Assembly: GCF_035594765.1 (NCBI RefSeq)
Contig: NW_026943824.1
Span: forward strand, 9,743,451-9,807,450
Direction: 5' to 3'
DNA length: 64,000 nt
From: Anolis carolinensis
Taxonomy: Eukaryota
Shown here: positions 1 through 13,112 of the stretch, one piece after another
Layout of the letters: each line of letters opens with the position of its first letter
How positions within the stretch are numbered: the stretch's first letter is position 1
Notes under the pieces: generated by a model
What the model saw: only the letters and a program-made list of their open reading frames with translations
Databases searched by the model: none
Told to the model about the DNA's origin: nothing
Program-made: the position numbers and the translations under genes

Positions 1-1199
1 CATCATCTTCTATCTCTGATCTGTTTTAGTACTGTACATAATCCAAATTCTAACACCAGATCGTAATTTAGGTAACAAAGAATTATCCTAGGGCCCTCCT
101 CCCTCCTTTAAGTAAAATTAAACTAATCTATTTTGATAGAGAAGCACACTTTGGAACTACTAAGTGAGTCTTCCAAATATGAAGGAAATATGAAGCGGTA
201 AAGCAGTAACCCAAATGTCAATTACTTTTCCAACAGTGGACAAATTGCTGGAGTGCTAATACAATTTAAGCACAATAATTAGATAAGAGGACTACAGACT
301 GTGGCTGGTGACAGAGCTTCTGAGATAATAGAATCTAGTGTCCTACTTCTTAAATATTAACATCATTCTGCTTCAGTCAATCGGTTTATGGTAATTTAAA
401 AAGGGCAAAGCAAATTCTTTTTATTGCTAATAATATTGTGCTGCTGCAGTGTTGGCTTTGAAGGTTAGCAAAATTTATCAGGTCAAAATTCAATTATGCA
501 TTATTATATATTTTATTTGTTTCTCTTCTTTCATCTCTCCTCTTGTTAAGTCTCTCTTTCATAGCAGATATTGAAATGTGCTTATTAGAGGGCAATTCAC
601 CTCCCTTCCCCCTTCATCCACACTCACATTCCAGCCAATTGTGATTGCACCAGAATACAACATAATATCCTTGGTTGCCCACTGCAGGGCTTTTCCATGG
701 AGCAAACTTCAGAGCATTGTAAAACAACATAGTGACTTCTTAAATGCAGCATGCTGGGTGGCACAAACAGTTTAACTGCCCCCACCTCCGGGAAAATAGA
801 TACATGGATGCTATGCGAATGCTACCCTCATTTATTTCAGCAGGGCTTATAATTGGTTCTCACAGAAGCTCTTTTGGATGGTTGAAGTTAGCCCTTTAAT
901 AAATATTGTAATCATTGGAAGTCTACAGTTTTAGTCAAAATATTGAGCTACAAAGACTAAAAAGCCATTGATTGGGATAAAAACTATACCTTAACTCATG
1001 GGCTTGTGCAGTTCAGTTGGAGGGCGATCCACTTTTGGTATTCGAATTTCAATGAGTACCCAGATCCATTTTCAGGAGCCTCCCGAAAATCGCCTAATGG
1101 AAAAATCTGTTTTTGGCTAAACAGCCGAAAGATCTGGGAAGATCCAGCCCACTGGTAGGAATGGGGAATTTATGAGGCTCTCCTTTCCATTTCTGGGAT

Positions 1200-1400
1200 T
1201 CTTTCCTTCCTTCCTTTCAAGGGAGCTTGGGTTTGAGCAATGGGCTTAAGGAAGCATCCTTCCTGGGACCCTTTCCTATCTTCCTTTCAAGGGAGTCTGG
1301 GTTTGAAGAATGGAGTTAAGGAAGCACACCCCCCCCCCCCCCCCCGGACCTTTCTTCCTTTCAAGGAAGACTGGGTTTGAACAAAAGGGTTAAGGAAACA
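1200..1400. repeat. Three degenerate tandem copies of a ~70-75 bp unit
   Basis: Core CTTCCTTTCAAGG(G)AGnnTGGGTTTGA..AAnGG..TTAAGGAA.CA recurs near 1206, 1280 and 1354; a poly-C tract lies between copies 2 and 3. Confidence 0.75.
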
Positions 1401-1405
1401 GTGAA

Positions 1406-1665
1406 TTATTATTACTATTATTATTATTATTATTATTATTATTGTTGTTATTATTATTATTATTATTTTATTTTTATACCCCGCCCCATCTCCCCAAAGG
1501 GCGGCTTACATGGGGCCAAACCCGAACATCAACAATATAAAAACAAAGCAATAAAATAAATGAATCAACAACAACAATAAAACAATAAAACAAGTCATGA
1601 AATCACATACAAATATAATGATAAAATCTAGGGTTGGCTCCAAAATATACTGGGCCAAAAGTGCA
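1406..1665 (-). mobile_element. L2 LINE 3' end with (TAT)n microsatellite tail
   Basis: (TAT)n 1406-1468, then TTTATACCCCGCCCCATCTCCCC..GGGCGGCTTACATGGGGCCAA, which matches the 3' end of the L2 copy at 59761. Confidence 0.75.
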
Positions 1666-1734
1666 TTTTGGCCTGGCTCTCCTGTCTGGGCTCACAATGC
1701 ATCCCCAATACAAAAAGGTTTGCCCATGCCTGTA

Positions 1735-2250
1735 CTAAAGCATCCCTTTACTGGGGCTATCCATCCTCTTTTTTGAAAATGTCCAGACAAGGGGGCTGCA
1801 CCACCTCTCTAGGCAATTGGTTCAATCGCCAAGCTTCTCTCCAAGCTGCTTCTTTCTAACATTCAATCAAAATCTACGCTCTTGCATGTCCAACCCTTAG
1901 ACCTAGCATTACTCTCTGGGGCTATAGAGAACAGCCTTGCCCATCCTCTTAATGGCAGTTCTTGATGAATTTATAGAGGGCAATAATGTCCTTCCTTCAG
2001 TCTTCTCTTAATCAAGCTGAACAGACCCACCTCCTGCAGTCTTCCTTCATATCTTTTGTTCTCTGATCATTTTGTCATCCTTATTGCCCTTTTTGAACCA
2101 TCTGCAACTTGTCTGTATCCCTCCTATAATGAGGTGTCCAGAATTGCACTCCAGCACAGAATATAATGTACCGAGATATGTATCCACTATCCAGATGCCC
2201 ATAAAATCTCAGTATGGTATTCTTTTCTTTTCACATCCCTACATTGAGTT
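1735..2250 (-). mobile_element. Degraded CR1 LINE ORF2/3' fragment
   Basis: CR1-like antisense motifs (CACCACCTCTCTAGGCAATTGGTTC, GGTGTCCAGAATTGCAC); similar to 37200-37720. Confidence 0.6.
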
Positions 2251-2892
2251 AGGTCTGATTACCGGTTTAGGACCAGCAGATAGAAGGAATGCCAGAAAAT
2301 TACTTTCTTTGTTAAATTTAATGCACATTACAGCACAGAATACAGCACAATAATGATAAATGATTAGCAGAAGTAATGCTTTGCACTATTACAGAGAAAA
2401 AGATTTTTTCCAGAAATAGCTGCACAATACAGAATTAATTCAGAGACTATGTGTTATCTTCTCACTTGGTTCTCTCAACAGAAGTGTCTGGCTTTTGATC
2501 TTTGCTGAGGTGTCTGCTGCCAATGTACCTTCAAAACACTTTGTCTGTTCCTGACAGTAATGAGAATTGACTCCATCCTTGATGGATAATTTAATATTGT
2601 CACCTTATTTCTCTTGCCTTGTAATTTCATTAGTGGCTCCACCAGCCCACATTATTCAGCAAGGCATTTTGCATATAAACCTTAGTTTGTGCCTTTCATT
2701 TTCTAATAAAATAATCACTAGTAAAATATATTGATTTAAAAAAAAAACGAGGCTGTTTTAAACACACATATTGGTTGTCCAAAGTTTTCTGCATTCATTA
2801 ATCTTGCTATAATTTTGTAGATGAGTTTCAAGAATAGAAAGAAGAAAGAAACCATTATTCTATTCCAAGCTTAATACAATATGATGAGATTT

Positions 2893-3135
2893 TTTGTGTG
2901 TCAGATGTGACTTGAGAACATACTACAAGTCACTTCAGGTGTGAGAGGATTGGCTGTCTACAGAGATGTTGCCCAGGGGACACCCAGATGTGTTACCATC
3001 CTGCTAGGAGGCTTCTCTCATGTCACTGCAAGCTAGAGCTGACAGACGGGAGCTCACCCCGTCTTATAGATTGGAACTGGCAACCTTCAGGTTAGCAACC
3101 CAACCTTCAGGTCAGTAGTCCAGCTGGCACAACTT
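2893..3135 (-). mobile_element. tRNA-derived SINE (Anolis SINE-like)
   Basis: Same family as 54181-54425 (GGTGTGAGAG.ATTGGCTGTCTACAGAGA.GTTGCCCAGGGGACACCC.GATGTGTTACCATCCTGCT). Confidence 0.75.
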
Positions 3136-3686
3136 GAAGACATACAACAATAACAATATTGGTTGCAGAGTTTCTTAGGATTGATTATTGGTTGAATGTC
3201 GACATGGAAATAGTTCAAACAAAATAAACAAATACTGATTTAATTCAGGGTGTAATATTATTTGGATTTAATTCAATATTTGATAAATAACCAAATAATA
3301 TTTTCAGCATCAGGAGGATGTGCCTAATTAAAAATAAATTAATATGGTAACAGCGGGTTAAACTGCTGAGTTTAACCCAGTAGTACTCCACATTTTTTGA
3401 ATTAATTTATCATCACATTACAGAGATTTGGCCCCACCCACCATCCCTCCCTTAACATTATTTGTTAAAAACTCATCCTCTTTGAAGTCCCAGCTTCCCT
3501 ACCTACTAAGGCGAGATCTGAGAAGTTTCTGAGCATGCTCAGTTTGTCCAAGCACTACAGGCTGCCGAGAGGAGAGGGGGGAGGATGGAAGAAAGAGAGG
3601 CATTTCAGTGGCATTTCTGGTGGGGAAGGGGAAACACAGGTGCATCTACAATGTATAATAAATTCATAATCTTATACAAACATGTT

Positions 3687-4011
3687 AGCCCCTGGTGGCA
3701 CAGCAGATTAAACCGCTAAGCTCCTGAACTTGCTGACTGAAAGGTCGGTGGTTCAAATCCAGGGAGCGGGGTGAGCTCCCTCTGTTAGTTCCAGCTTCTG
3801 CCAACCTAGCAGTTTGATAACATGCAAATTTTAGCAGATCAATAGGTACCGATCTGGCGGGAAGGTAAAGGCACTCCATGCAGTCATGCCGGCCACATGA
3901 CCTTGGAGGTGTCTACAGACAACGCCGGCTCTTTGACTTAGAAATGGAGATGAGCACCAACCCCCAGAGACAGACACGACTTAATGTCATGGGGAAACCT
4001 TTACCTACCTT
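3687..4011 (+). mobile_element. Sauria SINE, near full length
   Basis: A/B-box head (GGTGGCACAG...GGTTCAAATCC), body ATGACCTTGGAGGTGTCTACAGACAACGCCGGCTC, ACCTTT tail. Confidence 0.9.
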
Positions 4012-5045
4012 TTTAACAAAGTGTGCGTACTGCGTCATTCATGGCAATGACTCCATCACTTGATTATCAGTTTGAGGAAACAGTTGTTTTTGTGTCTGAA
4101 AGAGGTTTACATACTAGCCACCCCTTGTAAAGTTTATGAATTGTCATGTCTTTGGGAGACTGGATATAATGTAATTAAAATTAGAACAAGTGTTCTCATC
4201 TGTCACTTGTTCATTGTCTACTTGCCACACCACCTGAAGTGTTTTGTTCTTTCAAATTACTGTGACTGCACTCTTCACTTCAACACCTGTCAAACAATAT
4301 GGATTGCAAAATGTGTTTTAAGTAAGTGATTTGCACAAAACTAAGTAACAGGAACAGCTAATTCTAGATTTCTCTGATCAAGTCATGAATTCTTCTTGCC
4401 GTTTCCATCTTTAATTACTGTACCTTAAACATGCTCTGGGGGAGACTGGCCATTTTTAATATAAACTTTATATTTTTCACCAAGGCTTTGAAATGCTATC
4501 AGGCCAAACAATTCTGTCTTTTCTGCAACACCTTAACCAGAGCATAATTCCTACTTTTTAGAGGAACTTAATGCTTCTGTGCTGAATGTTTTTCAGTTTA
4601 CACTTCCAGGCAAAATGTAGCAATTTCACTTAAAAGGTTAAAAATAAAGCCATTATTGTGCAAACATTCACAACTTTTTGGATCAAGTTTTACTGTGAGA
4701 GGAAACATACAACAAATGACAACAAGTGAAGTTAGCAGATGCTAAGCAGAATAGAATCATTCAGAGAAACTGTGTTGTAATAGTTTCAGCAATGGATTGG
4801 GACTCTGGAGGACAAAGGTTCAAATCCTCTCTCAAATCCTACATTATATAATCTAATTCAGTGCAGTTGAACTGCATTACACTGACCATATAATGCAGTT
4901 CAATCTGTATCATAATGGCAGTGTAAAAAGAAGGAAACAGCCAACCTCCTCTGAATAAATTTTGTCAAGAATCTAGGAAAACACCAAAATTGCAATGGTG
5001 GTAATTAGATGATGGACTAGAAGTCTGAGAGACCACAGTTTGGAT

Positions 5046-5172
5046 CAGGCATGGGTAAACTTCAGCCCTCCAGATGTTTTGGACTTCAACTCCCACAATT
5101 CCTAACAGCCGTTAAGCTAACTGGGATTTCTAGGAGTTGAAGTCCAAAACATCTGAAGTTTGCCCATGCCTG
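5046..5172. mobile_element. hAT-type palindromic MITE nested in an old tRNA-SINE
   Basis: TIR CAGGCATGGG...CCCATGCCTG and internal inverted repeat CAGATGTTTTGGACTTCAACTCC/GGAGTTGAAGTCCAAAACATCTG. Confidence 0.85.
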
Positions 5173-5235
5173 CTTTAGAACCTCCTCAGCCATGGAAACT
5201 CACTGGGTGGCTGTAGGCAAGTCACACTTTTCTCA

Positions 5236-5487
5236 GGTCCCATTTGCACTGACCGTTTAACGAAAATTAAAGCTAGTTTCAAACAGTGATGGCTGAACAC
5301 CAAGCTCCCGTGAAAGTGTGCAAAAGAAATTCCTTCATGTGAATCAGTGTTCTGTGTTTTGTGTCATCATCATCCAGGCCTCAAATTGGTTCCAGGATTT
5401 TCTGTGCAACCATCTGTTCAGAAAAGAAAAACACTTTTATCAATACCTGATTGAAACTGATTTAGGTGGTCAATGTAGGTGTGCCCT
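5236..5487. mobile_element. Harbinger/PIF-like MITE
   Basis: Imperfect TIRs GGTCCCATTTGCACTGACC / GGTCAATGTAGGTGTGCCC. Confidence 0.55.
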
Positions 5488-5654
5488 AATTTTCAGGTGA
5501 AGACAAATCTAAGCCTCTACTGAACAGATCTTGCCAAGAAAGCTGCAGGAGAGGAATCCCATACATGAGGGTCTACTTGGAAACACATAACAGTGACCTT
5601 GGTGTTACCAAGACCATTGCATCATGAGGACTGTTTAGTATTATTTGATCTACA

Positions 5655-5763
5655 CAGTGGTTCTCAATCTGTGAGTCTGCAGATGTTTTGGCCTACAACT
5701 CCCAGAAATCCCTGCTGTTAAGATGACCAAAACAAGATGAACCACTGTTAAGATGAACCACTG
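5655..5763. mobile_element. hAT MITE (CAGTGGTTCTCAA family), internally deleted
   Basis: CAGTGGTTC...GAACCACTG ends; same family as 18091-18222. Confidence 0.7.
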
Positions 5764-6601
5764 ATCTATACCACTTCAGGCTATGGGCTAAGATGTTTTA
5801 TTCTCCTATAGCAGAAAGGAGGGCTGGAGAAGAAGAGGATAATTCCCTCCAGTGAGTTTCAGTGTCTTGTAATGTGTGCACAGCACGACAGCTTTTGTTT
5901 AGTTACCTTCACTTCTAGTTAAACAAATAAATATAGTGACACAGGGAAGGGATATTTGGAAACAGATGTTAGCATTTTGGGAATACGCTTACATCTATGA
6001 TCTAATACATTGTTTGTTTTACCTGTGTGGGTTTTTGTTTAAGAATGGAGCAGAAGTGATGCCAACTTCGGAGTCTCTGATTTTCGTTCGGTGTTCTCCT
6101 CAAGTCAAGCAACAAAACAGCATTTTTTTAAATTCTGACAATCTGTCCCATAAAAAGAGATGGAGAACTATAATGCACATAATGTGTTTAAATACATAAT
6201 AGATCAAGTAAGTGGCAAGGAAATGAAATAGCTTGGAATTAATTCTGGGCATGCAGCGTAAGGGAAAAATGAAATTATACAGTTGCACAGCAGGTGCAAA
6301 TTTCTCTGGAGAAATTATACTCTTAAAAGTGCAGTTGGACTATTTAATGATTGGCAGGTTTATGGAATATTCTCTTAAGCACCCAGGCATTTCTGTTATT
6401 GGTAAGACAAAACACTGCATAAATCATTATAGGGTGCCACAGTAGTTAACTCTTCCCCTGTTTTGTTCACAGATTGATATTCTAATATACCTCTGTTGTG
6501 CTTCTAACCCAGCAAACCTGTTGCCATAGAATGTAAGTGTTAATGAGTGTTTTAGCTAAGGTTTCTCATCTGTTTCTGCTGTGACTGGTATGTTCCTCTA
6601 T

Positions 6602-6741
6602 GGCTCCTTCCACACAGCTGAATAGAATTCTGCTTTGAACTGAATATATGGCAGTGTGGACTCAGATAACCCAATTCAAAGCTGATATTGTGGGATTTTC
6701 TGCCTTGATATTCTGGGTTATGTGGCTGTGTGGAAGGACTC
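6602..6741. mobile_element. Harbinger-like MITE
   Basis: TIR CCTTCCACACAGC / GCTGTGTGGAAGG; inverted relative of 20146-20372. Confidence 0.8.
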
Positions 6742-8841
6742 ATTGTGTTTTCCTGGCTTGACTTCTGTGCCCTTGGTGGCAGATGAGAAGAAGCATTAAA
6801 AAGATTTTTTTTTTCCTAGCACAGAGATAAAGTAGAGAATAAATCTTCACTTGTCAAGCTTCTCTAAGGACTTCATGCCACGTGCAGAGGAAAAGCAGAC
6901 AGAAGTATTTTACTTCATTGCCTACCATCAAGGTCCATCTTTTGGGATGGTCAGCCATCCCACGTCTTTTCCCTGTCATTTGCTATCTGACTCCTGAAAA
7001 CTCATTCTGGGCTTTGTCTCGTTGTGCTGTGGAAACAGAGTCCCACTGAAAGTGCCATTATGTCATATGATGGCCTCCGTGGCACTTAGTTTCTGAAGCG
7101 TATGGAGACAATCCAAGCTGTGTGGGATGAGATCTTATGCAATAATTCTCACAACAGAATAACCATTACTCCATAGAACTGAACTCAATTCCTGTCACTT
7201 CCAGATAGAGCTGGGAAAAACTCCTACCCCAAGAACTAGAAAGCCACTGCCAGACAGAGTAGATTAGGAAGGGCCAACCTGTACTTTTGGGGCAACGTGC
7301 GGCCCTTTTTGTGGTTCCAAAAGCTCTCCACCCATCAGCCAAAGCACGCTTCTCCCCTATTTTTAAAAAAAATATTATTACATTTTGGTAATGTTGGGCC
7401 CCAAAGACATACTAAAAGTACTCAAAAACATGTAAAAACATTTCACCACAACAAACATACTTAGAATCCAATGCCGCCCCCCAATCAAAAAACCCTTTAT
7501 TTTCCTCTGCAGTCCCTCTCAAAATGGTGAAATCATATTGTCATTTGGAGAGGATTTGTAGAGGAACACATTTGGGTTTGTTGTGGTGGGTATGACCCAT
7601 AGGAGTGTGAATCTCTAGATAAATTGACCTCTGGATTTTTCCATTTGTTATCATTTTTAAATACTTTATTTTTATTTTATGAATTTATTAACCTGTTCTA
7701 AGCCCTCCTACATCCTGAACTGTGAATAAGTAGGGATATAAATGCAATAATACATGGGACCACTACCCATGTTTCAGTGAAGAAAGTGGAAACAAAGAAT
7801 TTTATTGCGTTCTGTAAGTTGTAATGGATTTACTATCGCTTTGTGAATTGTGTAATTCACAAAATTATTCCGTAATGTATTTGAGGATTTCAGCACACAA
7901 AACTGCATGCTAAAATAATTCTATATCTTTAAAAAATATCACAGAGCACCCTTTCTTCTTCCCTTTTATACCAGCATAGAAAGCTATGTGGCTGGCATTT
8001 ATGAGCTTGCATTATACACTTCATAGCGGATGGTTCTTTTTTTTTTTTTTTTTAAAGATTGATTGCATAGACCATCATGTGGACAGGTGTTTTTCTTACA
8101 TTTTCTTCATGATGTTTAACTCAGAAGTGGAGTTAATTTTGATCTTGTTGTTGTCATTTTGTTAAGTCCGACACAAAAACCTCTCAAATCAAATGTAAAT
8201 GCCTTTTAATATAATGTTATGTGCTCTAAATGCAAGTCTTTCAAAATGCATTGGAAAAGGCGCCCCATTAATCATGCATAATGTCCCTGCTAACATCTAT
8301 CTAGATCCATGATCTTAAAAAATTGAGCATGCCACTTCTCACAGTATGTAACAAGAAATGCTTTTCCACTAAGCATCTGTCGTGTTTAAGTTCCTTTATA
8401 TATTCATGAATTCCCAAGACCAAACTGACAGCAAGTCTGAGCATTAGGCAAAGTAGACAGAAATGCCCCTGTCATTACATGAAATTTCAGGTATAAATGT
8501 CCATTGAGTGCTATTATCTGAATAAAAAAATTGGAATGACCTAGTCTATTGTAATCTTAGCAAGCTCGTGGGAGTCTTTGGTTTGTGACAGAATAGAACC
8601 TGTGCCTGTTTATAAGTAAATGTGATCTTTTTCCTTGAGTCAGCCTGTATTTGATGTGTGAGTCAATTTTCATTTCTCCCCCAAGTGGTTTGGGGCCTAT
8701 ACTTGCATGAATTTCATATTAATAAGACCTTTCCCTGTTACGAAACTGGACCTGAATCCAAATCATCCCCAATTTTATAGAGCAGTTTGCAGACAGTTGG
8801 GTTGTTTTCTCCCCTTTGAGGGGAGGGGGTAATATATCTTA

Positions 8842-9410
8842 TTAGCTGTGCCTGGCCACGCGTTGCTGTGGCGTTGTCAGGAAACTGTAAGGGTTGCCAA
8901 ATCCAACTGGAGTCTTCAGAAATTGTTTAAATAGTGGAGACTACTTGATATGTTTTGACTTTAGTCCACATTTAAGCCTTGATAATTAGAGTTTCCTTTA
9001 AACATTACAGTCTGGAAGAGACTACTGTGAATTGCAACAGTTGACTGTACTTATTATTTTCATTATTGTTGTTAACTCTCAGGTAATAATGTTTGTACAT
9101 GCTGCTCTAAATAACATAGTGCATTTTGTGTTTTGAATCTTTATAGTATTTGCTTATCTTTTTCACATAGAAAGAAGATAGCTCTATACTTAGAGAGGCC
9201 TGACTATTTGTGTGGCCCTTACATGTCACATCTCTTTTTATGTTTTGAACCTTTATGGTGTTTGCTTATCTCTTCGACATTGTCTAGTATAGACATTTGT
9301 GTGTATTTATCATCTGTCAGGAGTGTTTGGATTGTGTCCTCCTGTGTGGTAGAAGGAAGTTTTACTGGATGATTCTTAGGGGTCTCTGCAAACCTTAGGA
9401 TTGTATGATG

Positions 9411-9463
<53 letters not shown>

Positions 9464-10005
9464 GAGAGGCTGGGTGGCCATCTGTTGGGAGTGCTTGGAT
9501 TGTGTCCTGCATGGCAGATCGTGGGAGGTGTTAGCTGGCCCCGATTGTTTAGTGTCTGGCATTCCCGTGTTTTAAGAGTGTTGTTTTTTATTTGGTGTTG
9601 TGATTTTAAGCTTGTTAAAATATTAGGAGTCAGATTGTGTTGATTGTCATGGTTCATAGCATATATTTAAAATATTGAGTATTAAAATGGGTTGGATATT
9701 GTAGAAGGTTGGAGTGGAGATAAATAATTCGGATGATGGGCGGGCGCTAGGACCCAGGGGACAGCTTTTTCCCATTGCCTGCCTTTCCTCTTGCCGGCGG
9801 CCATGAGACTTCTGTTTCCCTCCCTCCCAGCATGGCTCCCGATGGTGCGTTGTGGGTTCTGTTCATGTGGAGGTGTGTGACATGATTTTTTGTTGTTTCA
9901 ACCTTAAGGCGTGCATGATGGGTTGTGTTGTCAAATTTCGAGGTTGGGGGGCCTTTACTTTTGTTGCTCGGTGCCGCGATTCCATCACCCTTTTATATAT
10001 ATAGA
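8842..10005 (-). mobile_element. Non-autonomous Helitron
   Basis: Minus strand starts A|TCTATATATATAAAAGGG and ends with hairpin GCCACAGCAACGCGTGGC followed by CTAA|T (CTRR); inserted between A and T with no TSD. Confidence 0.85.
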
Positions 10006-10169
10006 TTAGAAGAGAGTGTCTGTTGTGTACTTTCTTTCCCTTCCATGTCTTCCCCATTCCCCTATATGTAGTAGGGGAGAGAGTTCATTTTGTTACTGGC
10101 CTGGCAACAACCTCATGGGACAAGGTAGCTGACCAGCAAAACCTTGGACAACCATAAGAATGTATTTAT

Positions 10170-10322
10170 TGTAAGACTATTGAGCAGTGGAGGGAGACGG
10201 ACTCTCCTTCTATTGAGATCTTTAAAGAGATGGGGCTTTTAAGGATTGCTTTAATTGTGTATTCCTGCATAGCAGGGGATTGACTAGTGTCCCTTGTGTT
10301 TTCTTTTACCTCTAGGATTCCA
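10170..10322 (+). mobile_element. CR1 3' end fragment
   Basis: ACTCTCCTTC...GTGTATTCCTGCATAGCAGGGGATTGACTAG...CTCTAGGATTCC resembles the squamate CR1 3' UTR. Confidence 0.6.
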
Positions 10323-12344
10323 TGGGTCTCTAGCCTCATCTCTACCTGCTGCTCAGTTTGGGGCCTGTTTCATTGATTCCCAGTAGGCTCCTGAAATGAC
10401 CAGGAGCTCTTATAGAGCTTTGTGGCCATTTATAAGCAGGGACAGCAGTGACATGTGCCTGATCCATTCCCTTTTCCCTGCACAGATGAGTACAGGGAAA
10501 AGGAGGTGTCAGCAGTGACCCATTTGGATACCAGTTGAGTCCAAACAGGACCCGATTCTACTGCCCATTCTATGCCAGAGCCACAGAACTGGTCCAGAGT
10601 TTCAGACAAACCCAAGAGCATCCTTTGACTTTTCTTAACTCAGGACTAAACAAGATCAACTAAGTGTACCCCATGATATGCACTGGAAGTGCAGGAACAT
10701 CTTGGGACCAGCCAGGATCACATGCACAGTGGGTATGGGTTATTAGGTCCATGTAGATGAGCCCAAGAAGAAGCCTTTACCAGCAAAACCCTTTAATCAC
10801 TGTTCAGAGACACAGATGCCATATTTCACTTTTCCAAGACACAGCATACTTATTAGTTTCAATGTAAAGAGGTATATGGGAATCCCGTGGCACCTTTGAG
10901 ACTAATCAACAAAATTACAATGCAGGCATTAGCTTTTGTAATGTCTAGTCATTTTATTGAATGCAGGATTGGGTGTTGCATCTGATGAAGGGGACTGGTG
11001 GTCACAAAAGCATATGCTAACACCTTGTCTTTTTTCCTTAATTTCAAAATATGGTACCCTAAATATGGAGACCCTAAAGCAGCATTATCTGAGACTGAGA
11101 ATGCATGACTCACCCACTGATTTTCTACATGGCCAAGCAGCCAATTATACCCTGGTCTCCAAAATCATCGTTGAACATTAAAACTATTATGATGTGCTGA
11201 TTTTCTCAGAATACACAATTATAATTGTGTGGTTGTAGGCCTTGAGAATAGGATGACTTGGAGGTCTCTCATTTAATGGACCTGTCATAAGTTGAGATCA
11301 ACTTGAAAGGCAACTAACAACAAACATACCAGTAATTGTAGACCCTAGTTCTTGGGAATGCATATATAGAGGTGGGTGCTGCTTCAAGACTCAAGGATCC
11401 AAACCACAAGTTTGTGGCTTAGGTTTACTTATTTTAAACCAATCCAAGTAATGTTTGTTTTGAGGCGGTGTTCCTTTTTTTCTATGTCCCATTTTCTGTA
11501 ATCTATTTATGTGGTTATTCTGTGACACATAATTTTGGGAAAAGGTCAGTTTTATCTTTTATGCTGAATTTTTATATATAAAAAAACAATTGCTCTTTTC
11601 ATCTTGGCGTCTGCATATCCCATACTAACACTGAGGTCATTATGGTCAAATATTCAGAATCTTTGTGTGAGTTTATCAAAGTCGTTAAAGGGAAGCAGTG
11701 GAAAACTAATGGGGTGATAGAAGAACTTTTCAGTCAAAGCATGGCATAGCTTTTTTTCCTCCTTCCAGAATTCTTCCCATCAGCAGCATTTTAATCAATG
11801 GCTGTAAAATTTACTGTCTTGTTAAATGGCCTCAAAATACACACAGATGATCAAATAAAAGTCTGTACTTCTTTTGTGATGCCTTCAGCTAATTGTTTTG
11901 CTGCCAGTTCTCTGAAAGATTTATGACAACCATCTTAATAATGACTTTCCAATATATTCATTAATGGAAATAATGGCTTTCTCCAAGAGGTCACAGGAAG
12001 AATAAGGGAACACATGTATCTTATGTGAAAGCAAAGAGCCCATAGTTTTCCTGCTGTAGAAAACTAGAAGGAAGAATGGTTTAGTCATTCTCTCCACAAT
12101 AGTTTGTTTCGTTAAGGCACTGCTGAGTCCCATTTCTTATAGTTTGGGTAAGTTTGAGACTTGAAAGACTCTGGGGACTATTTTTTTCCATAAATTTTTC
12201 ATCAATGGATTTCAAAGAACTTTGGTCAAAACCACAATCTGAAGCAATTTACAGTCTAAGTACTTTCTTGAGAAAAAAAAAATGGACGTATCAACAAGTG
12301 CATGAGACAACCTGACATGGATGAGAAATAGATTGAAGTGGTTG

Positions 12345-12810
12345 CAGTTGTTGCTGTTGTTAAGTGCCATCAAGTTAATTTCAATGGACAGCAGTGCTAT
12401 GGATGAGATATTCCCAAGTCATCCTATCCTCAATAGGTCTATCCATCTAAAATCTGATCTTCTTTTCCTACTACTTTCTATCTTACCAAACATTATTGTC
12501 TTTTATAGCGAGTCGTACCTTCTCATATGGCCAAAGTATAACAGCTTAGTTTAGTCAACTCTGTTTCAAGAGAGGGCTTCGTCTTGATTTCCTCTAGGAT
12601 CTATTTATTTATTTTTAGCAGTCCATGGGATCTATAGAGCACCTCTTTAGCACCACATTTGTCAGTCAGACATTTGTTTTTCTTCCTATCAGTTTCCTTC
12701 ACTCACCAACTTTTACAGCCGTGCATAGAAATTTGAAATATGATAGCCTAGGTTTCCAAGCTAGGATCCAAGCTTTATATTCAATTGCATATTTTGACAC
12801 TTCAGAATTT
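12345..12810 (-). mobile_element. Degraded RTE (BovB-like) LINE 3' fragment
   Basis: Antisense GGCCAAAGTATAACAGCTT (YFGH motif) and a GTT-rich tail; similar to 19970-20770. Confidence 0.55.
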
Positions 12811-13014
12811 TGCCTTGTTCCTTCATAACCACTCTTCTAATTCCTAGTCATGTCACATTCTTATTCCCTGCTGAGGAGAAGCCTGGACAGAAGAGAATGC
12901 TCATAAATTTGGAACTTATTATATGCAGAATTTCAACTTATTTTGCACAGAACATATTTGCTTTGCAGGAAACAGGATTACCTGTGAAGAAAATAATATT
13001 CTTGCTCTTGCCCA

Positions 13015-13112
13015 TGATCCTCTGAAGATGCCCGCCACAGATACAGGTGAAACATCAGGTAAAATTGCTGGTAGAACATGGCCATACAGCCCAGAAACCA
13101 CACAACACCCTC
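13015..13112 (+). mobile_element. Penelope-like element terminal fragment with hammerhead ribozyme motif
   Basis: CCT-CTGAAGA-TGCC..CAGGT-GAAAC-ATC-AGG followed by ACATGGCCATACAGCCCAGAAA; homologous to the antisense copy at 49411-49820. Confidence 0.75.

Noticed and set aside
1200-1400. Repeat-spacer pattern as a CRISPR array
   Set aside because: Vertebrate context, degenerate long units, no cas genes.
1377-1559. Poly-Tyr/Ile/Asn/Val ORFs (also 9401, 18338, 26302, 49763)
   Set aside because: Translations of trinucleotide microsatellites.
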